Assembly: GCF_003044035.1 (NCBI RefSeq)
Contig: NZ_NVQC01000039.1
Coordinates: forward strand, 1 to 19,578
From: Candidatus Methylomirabilis limnetica
GTDB lineage: Bacteria > Methylomirabilota > Methylomirabilia > Methylomirabilales > Methylomirabilaceae
Direction of reading: 5' to 3'
DNA: 19,578 nt
In this document: piece after piece, positions 14,679 through 19,578 of the stretch
Layout of the letters: each line of letters starts with the position of its first letter
Numbering within the stretch: position 1 is the stretch's first letter
Position numbers and translations under genes: made by a program
Notes under the pieces: model-generated
The model's input: the letters and a program-made list of their open reading frames with translations, nothing else
What the model was told of the DNA's origin: nothing
Databases searched by the model: none

Positions 14679-14984
14679 ATGACGGTCCAAGGCGACACCG
14701 ACAGTCAGGCCACGCGGGAGCGGCGTTCTCAACTCCTGCGCAGCTTGCTCTCAGGGTTGTTTGAGAAAAAGGACGAGCGGAGGGGTTTTTCCCCGGAGCA
14801 GCGTCGGTTAATTTGGCATTCGGACGGCACCAAGCGGTGTTCGTATCCAGGATGTGGCGTGAAGCTGGACTGGACCAACTTCACTATCGACCACATCAAG
14901 CCGTTTGCCAAGGGTGGTAAGACGACTTCGAAAAACGCGGTCCTCATGTGCAAGCGGCACAACAGCATGAAGGGCGCGCGGTGA
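14679..14984 (+). CDS. HNH endonuclease domain ORF, in the same frame as the DUF262 ORF
   Basis: CSYPGCGVKLDWTNFTIDHIKPFAKGGKTTSKNAVLMCKRHNSMKG matches the HNH motif (C..C...DH...N...C..HN). Both 13674 and 14679 are divisible by 3. Codon-by-codon reading of 14523-14678 shows no stop (LDGKGCVLKNATRNRQAEKLLLWLSLGVDQVRQQQRKTIGASPNQRIFADYL-M...). Confidence 0.8.
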   Translation: MTVQGDTDSQATRERRSQLLRSLLSGLFEKKDERRGFSPEQRRLIWHSDGTKRCSYPGCGVKLDWTNFTIDHIKPFAKGGKTTSKNAVLMCKRHNSMKGAR

Positions 14985-15019
14985 TTCATCGGCTAGGTTC
15001 TGTGAGGGCTGGCTTACAA

Positions 15020-15098
15020 AAAGCTGAAGCTGGCCTGGGCCGCCATCCTGGTTTCGGCGGTTCGGCGTCATTGTAGGCGGCCCCGGCAGCTTAGCTTT
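15020..15098. repeat. Long imperfect palindrome between the HNH and ATPase genes (terminator, attenuator or REP-like)
   Basis: AAAGCT(15020-25)/AGCTTT(15093-98), AAGCTG(15027-32)/CAGCTT(15087-92) and GGGCCGCC(15037-44)/GGCGGCCC(15076-83) pair, giving about 22 bp in total. The 31-nt loop contains a TTCGGCG-G-TTCGGCG direct repeat. Confidence 0.4.
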
Positions 15099-15129
15099 AT
15101 CGTTTCGCCAGGAGAAAAGGACACATCGA

Positions 15130-16662
15130 ATGCACAAACACAAGGTGGCTGCTAACCTGCTTCAAGTCCTCGATCTTGGGTCATCCATCGCAGAACAGGA
15201 CACGCTGCTGGAAACTGCGCGCGTGGAAACATCGTCGTTTACGGACCTCCTAGCGGACAAGGTTGACTTGGTTCCTGGCACAAAAGGATCGGGGAAGACC
15301 GCGCTCTTCAGGATATTCGTCGATTTCCTGCCTCAGCACCTTCTTCAGTACCGAAAAGTCGTGATTGCCCACGGTGTGCAGAAGCACGGTGACAACATCT
15401 TTCATGCTTTCAAGGAACAGTTTGAGGAACTCTCTGAGGACGACTTTGTCAGTTTCTGGTGCATCTATCTCACCTCCCTCGCGCATGAACAGTTTATCAA
15501 GGGCGAAATCTACCAACCTTACTTGCAGAGCGCGGAGGCCGAAATTGAGCGGTTCCGGCGGGCGTGCGAACACGCCCGTATCCCTGATATCCGCGCCAAG
15601 AAATCGCTGCGTGAGATTATGGCGTGGACTCTGAACGTCCTACAGGCATGGGCGCCGAGGCTTCGCTACAAACTTCCTAATGAGGCAGGCGAGGTCACAC
15701 TTGACTTGTTTGGGAACCCGACAACTCCACACACCACGAAGCAGCCCGGCGACCAGCCCGATGTGCCCCGCTTCGTCGCTGAAATCAAGGAGACACTCGA
15801 GGCTGTGCTCCACAAGTGTGACTTGGCCATCTGGCTCATGATCGATCGTCTTGATGAGGTTTTCCCGAGAAGATCGGAACTTGAGACGAGAGCACTCCGC
15901 GGCCTGTTACGGGCAATGCGGCTTTTCACATCCCAAGCGATCAGGGTCAAGGTGTTCTTGCGGGATGACATGCTTGAACATGTCGTCATGACGGACGACG
16001 GCTTCACCGCACTGACGCACCTCACGGCACGTCAGGCTGACACCCTGCGTTGGTCGCCAGACCAGATTCTGACCATGTTGGTCAAACGCCTATTCGCAGA
16101 CGAAGGCTTGCGTGCATATCTAGGCGTTGACAAGGCCCGCATCGAGGCGAGCCAAGACTACCGGCTTGCCTGCTACAATATGGTTTTCCCTCCCACCGTA
16201 CACAGCGGGGTAAACCAGAGCCCGACACTTCGGTGGATGTACAACCACACGATGGATGGAAAGGGGGTTGTCACGCCGAGAGACATCATCGACTTGGTCA
16301 CACGCGCCAAACAGATGCAGCAAGATACCTTCAATACCAACCCCGAAGGCGAATCTTCCTGGCTGATCGGTCCGCAGGCGCTGTTGTATGGGCTGGTCGA
16401 ACTCTCCAAGAGGCGAAGAGACACGTACCTCAAGGCGGAGTTCCCGCACTTGTGGCCGAATATTGAGAAGTTCCAAGGCGGTAAGTCGGAGTACTCCGCT
16501 GGCGCACTTCAGAAACTACTCGGCAAGAGTTGGCGGGGGGCGGCCGTCGCCCTTGTATCAGTTGGCTTCCTGCGCAAACGAGACCGCGCCGGGGAGCCGA
16601 CGTTTTGGGTCCCCTATCTCTACAGGAAGGGCATGGAGTTGACGCAAGGAAAATCCGATTAG
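15130..16662 (+). CDS. P-loop NTPase of uncertain family (possibly Sll1717-like), with no recognisable effector domain
   Basis: 510 aa. Walker A is VPGTKGSGKTALF and the candidate Walker B is LAIWLMIDRLDEVF. An AAGGA SD lies about 8 nt upstream of the ATG. The remaining ~300 aa carry no motif I can name. The family assignment is from memory of annotation labels and needs an HMM search. Confidence 0.75.
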   Translation: MHKHKVAANLLQVLDLGSSIAEQDTLLETARVETSSFTDLLADKVDLVPGTKGSGKTALFRIFVDFLPQHLLQYRKVVIAHGVQKHGDNIFHAFKEQFEELSEDDFVSFWCIYLTSLAHEQFIKGEIYQPYLQSAEAEIERFRRACEHARIPDIRAKKSLREIMAWTLNVLQAWAPRLRYKLPNEAGEVTLDLFGNPTTPHTTKQPGDQPDVPRFVAEIKETLEAVLHKCDLAIWLMIDRLDEVFPRRSELETRALRGLLRAMRLFTSQAIRVKVFLRDDMLEHVVMTDDGFTALTHLTARQADTLRWSPDQILTMLVKRLFADEGLRAYLGVDKARIEASQDYRLACYNMVFPPTVHSGVNQSPTLRWMYNHTMDGKGVVTPRDIIDLVTRAKQMQQDTFNTNPEGESSWLIGPQALLYGLVELSKRRRDTYLKAEFPHLWPNIEKFQGGKSEYSAGALQKLLGKSWRGAAVALVSVGFLRKRDRAGEPTFWVPYLYRKGMELTQGKSD

Positions 16663-16832
16663 GAGGCGAACAAGACGGTGGAACACTACGCCGCGAAACG
16701 CGGCGAGGTTCACCACAGCCGTTAGGCGCACCAGCGCGTGACCATCGAGATCAACGTCAGTAGCCGGAAAGCACCCCGTGCTGAGGACGAGAATCCCTCG
16801 CGTTCGGACTTCAACAATGGACAGGACGCTTA

Positions 16833-18836
16833 ATGGCTCTCTCGCTCAACAAACCCAAGCTCGACAACCTCGCCACCGACATCTGGAAGTCTGCCGAGCG
16901 ACTGCGCGGCAAGTTCAAGTCCTACGAATACCAGAGCGTCATCCTGCCCATCATCGTCATCCGCCGCCTGGAGTGCGTGCTGATTGACTGGCGGGCGAAG
17001 AAGTCCGCCGAGGTGCTGAAGAACCGGCCCAAGCTCACGGAGAAGGAACTCGCCAAGCTGGTCAAGGAACTGGAGCTGAATCCCAAGCAGTGCCCGTTTT
17101 CCAACACCACGGACTGGACGCTCCGCTCGGTCTATGAGGAAGACCACGCGCTGCTGGAGGAGAACTTCCGCGCCTACATCAACGGCTTCTCCAAGAACGT
17201 TGACGACATCATCGAGCACTTCAATTACCGCGCCACCATCGGCCTGATGGTGAAGAACAACCGGCTGGCCCCGATCCTGAACCAATACAAGGAACTCGCG
17301 CTCGGCCCCGACCAGCTCTCCGGGCTTGAGATGGGCTACATCTACGAGGAGTTGCTCCGGCGCTTCTCGGAGCAAAGCGGCGAGGAGGCCGGGGAACACT
17401 TCACGCCGCGCGAAGTCGTCCGGCTCATGGTCGAGTTGCTGGATATTCCGATCCCGGACAAGCACTTCTCCATCTACGATCCCGCCAGTGGCACGGGTGG
17501 CATGTTGTCCGTGGCGAAGGAGCACCTGCTGGAGCGCGCCGACACATCGGAAGAAAAGGCGCGGGTGGAGAAATACGTCACCGTTCACGGGCAGGAGCTT
17601 TCCCCCACGAACTACGCCGTCTGTCAGGCTGACCTCCTCATCAAGAACGACCGGCAGGCCACTGTCCACCTCGGCAATTCGCTCATCCCGCACGACCCGC
17701 ACAGCAAAGAGCCGGGCGATCAGTGGCCGGAGCCGAAATGGCGCTTCAACCGCATGCTGAGCAATCCGCCCTTCGGCGTCACTTGGGGCGGCAAGGACGG
17801 TTACGAGAAGGAAGCCCGCAAGCTGGAGAAGACCCGCTACCGGGCCGGGATGCCGCGCGTGAACGACGGCGCGCTGCTCTTCCTGGAAACGATGCTGGCC
17901 AAGATGGCACCGCCCGAGGAAGGCGGCAGCCGCATCGCCATCATCTTCAATGGCTCGCCCCTCTCCAATGGGGACTGCGGCTCCGGCGAGAGCGAGATCC
18001 GCCGCTGGATTCTGGAAAACGACTGGCTCGACGCCATCGTCATGCTGCCCGACCAGCTTTTCTACAATACCGGCATCTTCACCTATGTCTGGTTGCTCCG
18101 AAACGACAAGCCCACCAGCCACAAGGCCTGCGTGATGCTCATCGACGCCCGCCAGCAGTTCGAGAAGGAGCCGAAATCCTTCGGCAACAAACGCCACCGC
18201 ATCACTGACGCGCACCGCGCCTGGATCGAGGAGCGTTACGCCAAAGGCTGGGCCAAGGGCTACGCCGACGAACAGGTCAAAATCTTCCCGCGCGAGGATT
18301 TCGCCTACCACAAGGTCAGCGTCGTCTTCTGGCAGACAGATGAGTACGACCAGCCAGCCATCGTCACCGAGTCTTACGAGAAGACTTTTACTGCCGCGAA
18401 TGTGAAGAAGGAGCAGGACTTCCACGAGAGCGATCTCACCTTCCGCGTACGGGCGAAGGCGAAGGGCAAGGAGAAGACCGTCGAGTTCACCGTCAAAGCG
18501 AAAGACAACGCCGCCAAGAAGTTCAAGGAAGCCCTGGCCGACGCCGACGAAACGCTCTCCGTCCAATGGACGCACCGGCATTACGTGCAGGACGACGAAT
18601 ACATACCACACGGCGAGGACATCGCGGCCTTCCTGAAACGCGAAATCGCCAAGCCGATCATCCGCTGGGAGGAGACGCAGAAAGACGGCAAGACGATCCT
18701 CGGCTACGAAATCCTGCCAAACAAATACTTCTACCGCTACCAGCCGCCCACGCCCGCGAAGGACTTGCTGGAGGAGTTCTGGAAGCTGGAGAAGGCAGCG
18801 GAATCAATGCTGAAAGGGCTCGCAGGACACTCATGA
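16833..18836 (+). CDS. hsdM: Type I restriction-modification N6-adenine DNA methyltransferase subunit (HsdM), long form
   Basis: 667 aa. The N-terminal HsdM_N-like region reads LATDIWKSAERLRGKFKSYEYQSVILPIIVIRRLE. IYDPASGTGGML is the SAM-binding motif I and MLSNPPFG is the catalytic NPPF motif IV. A 4-nt ATGA overlap couples it to hsdS. Confidence 0.92.
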   Translation: MALSLNKPKLDNLATDIWKSAERLRGKFKSYEYQSVILPIIVIRRLECVLIDWRAKKSAEVLKNRPKLTEKELAKLVKELELNPKQCPFSNTTDWTLRSVYEEDHALLEENFRAYINGFSKNVDDIIEHFNYRATIGLMVKNNRLAPILNQYKELALGPDQLSGLEMGYIYEELLRRFSEQSGEEAGEHFTPREVVRLMVELLDIPIPDKHFSIYDPASGTGGMLSVAKEHLLERADTSEEKARVEKYVTVHGQELSPTNYAVCQADLLIKNDRQATVHLGNSLIPHDPHSKEPGDQWPEPKWRFNRMLSNPPFGVTWGGKDGYEKEARKLEKTRYRAGMPRVNDGALLFLETMLAKMAPPEEGGSRIAIIFNGSPLSNGDCGSGESEIRRWILENDWLDAIVMLPDQLFYNTGIFTYVWLLRNDKPTSHKACVMLIDARQQFEKEPKSFGNKRHRITDAHRAWIEERYAKGWAKGYADEQVKIFPREDFAYHKVSVVFWQTDEYDQPAIVTESYEKTFTAANVKKEQDFHESDLTFRVRAKAKGKEKTVEFTVKAKDNAAKKFKEALADADETLSVQWTHRHYVQDDEYIPHGEDIAAFLKREIAKPIIRWEETQKDGKTILGYEILPNKYFYRYQPPTPAKDLLEEFWKLEKAAESMLKGLAGHS

Positions 18837-19516
18837 AACCGCAATCCCAACCAGCCGTTGAGTGGCTCGGCACCACGCCGAACGGATGGTCTCAGCCGCG
18901 CTTGAAAGCAGTCTTCCGGGACAACACCGCAGCCATTTCCATGGAGAAGTTGGCCGAACTGGACGTGCAGCATTACTCCATTCCCAACTTCGACGAGTTT
19001 GGTGCGCCGGCCCGCGAAGATGGGGCAACAATCGCGAGCAATAAAACGCTGCTTCGAGGCGGTGAAGTACTGTTCTCTAAACTCAATTGCCACAAACCGC
19101 GCGTATGGCTCGTGCCACACGATGACCAAGTTAAGGTCGCTTCCACCGAGTTCATCCCACTGGCAGAGTGGCATTCCGGTAAAACAGACAAACGGTTTGT
19201 CGCCTACCTCCTCGGCTCAGCGGTCTTCGCTGAATACATGACGTGCTTTCAAACATCGGTCACGAACTCGCATCGCCGCATCAATCCAAACGACCTCTGG
19301 CAAGCGCGCATTCCGCTCCCGCCGCTGCTGGAGCAACAGCGCGTCGCGGAGTATCTGAATGCAAGCTGCGCGGCGATTGATGCGGCAGTGGCAGCCAAAC
19401 GGCGACAGATGGAAACGCTGGAGGGTGTGAGAAAGGACATTATCCAGAAGGTCGTTTTGACAACGCAAAAGGGACCCACCGTGATAAAGCAAAAGGAACC
19501 CACCTCTGTTCAGTGA
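18833..19516 (+). CDS. hsdS: Type I R-M specificity subunit (HsdS), single-TRD ('half-size') form
   Basis: The real start is ATG 18833 (MKPQSQPAVEWLGTTPNGWSQPRLK...). The track ORF from 18566 overlaps hsdM. At 227 aa it has one target-recognition domain followed by the conserved helical region RIPLPPLLEQQRVAEYLNASCAAIDAAVAAKRRQMETLEGVRKDIIQKVV. It ends with TGA-TAG. Confidence 0.85.
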   Translation: MKPQSQPAVEWLGTTPNGWSQPRLKAVFRDNTAAISMEKLAELDVQHYSIPNFDEFGAPAREDGATIASNKTLLRGGEVLFSKLNCHKPRVWLVPHDDQVKVASTEFIPLAEWHSGKTDKRFVAYLLGSAVFAEYMTCFQTSVTNSHRRINPNDLWQARIPLPPLLEQQRVAEYLNASCAAIDAAVAAKRRQMETLEGVRKDIIQKVVLTTQKGPTVIKQKEPTSVQ

Positions 19517-19533
19517 TAGTCGGGCCTGTGGGA

Positions 19534-19564
19534 AGCATGGGAAAGCCGGAGGCTTTTCCATGCT
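19534..19564 (+). terminator. 14-bp hairpin just after the hsdS stop (terminator-like, no U-tract)
   Basis: AGCATGGGAAAGCC-GGA-GGCTTTTCCATGCT forms a 14-bp stem with one G-U. The downstream sequence GCGGTCGAAATCCG is not T-rich, and the window ends 14 nt later. Confidence 0.35.
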
Positions 19565-19578
19565 GCGGTCGAAATCCG

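Noticed and set aside
16830-18611. 593-aa ORF on the minus strand, the second-longest ORF in this part of the window
   Set aside because: It lies entirely antisense to hsdM, whose motifs (DPASGTGG, NPPFG) are unambiguous. Its translation is a low-complexity V/L/G/A/E/D string typical of the antisense frame of a high-GC3 gene.

Overview
A moderately GC-rich bacterial chromosomal window with two parts. The left part (1-3611) is housekeeping. It holds a ParE/RelE-type toxin-antitoxin pair sitting where the 5' part of hisH should be, since only the last ~47 codons of hisH remain. This is followed by hisA, hisF, hisIE and a HIT-family gene. hisF carries a ~95-nt in-frame palindromic insert next to its second catalytic Asp. 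A tRNA-Sec gene (selC, 3715-3809) marks the switch to accessory DNA. Immediately downstream are a decayed tyrosine integrase, four small minus-strand genes (including a 48-aa RHH ORF missing from the ORF track) and an overlapping AddB-like/AddA-like helicase-nuclease pair (6334-12772). Next come gene scars, one resembling an IS91-type transposase fragment, and then a defence-type cluster. That cluster begins with a GC-rich multi-stem element (13491-13641) in an AT-rich leader. It continues with a DUF262 ORF and an HNH ORF that share one reading frame and are separated only by a single TAG. A 510-aa P-loop NTPase with no recognisable effector domain follows, then type I R-M hsdM and a single-TRD hsdS; no hsdR is visible before the window ends. 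No CRISPR array or rRNA was seen. All family calls come from motif recognition by eye. No database search, HMM search or folding calculation was run.
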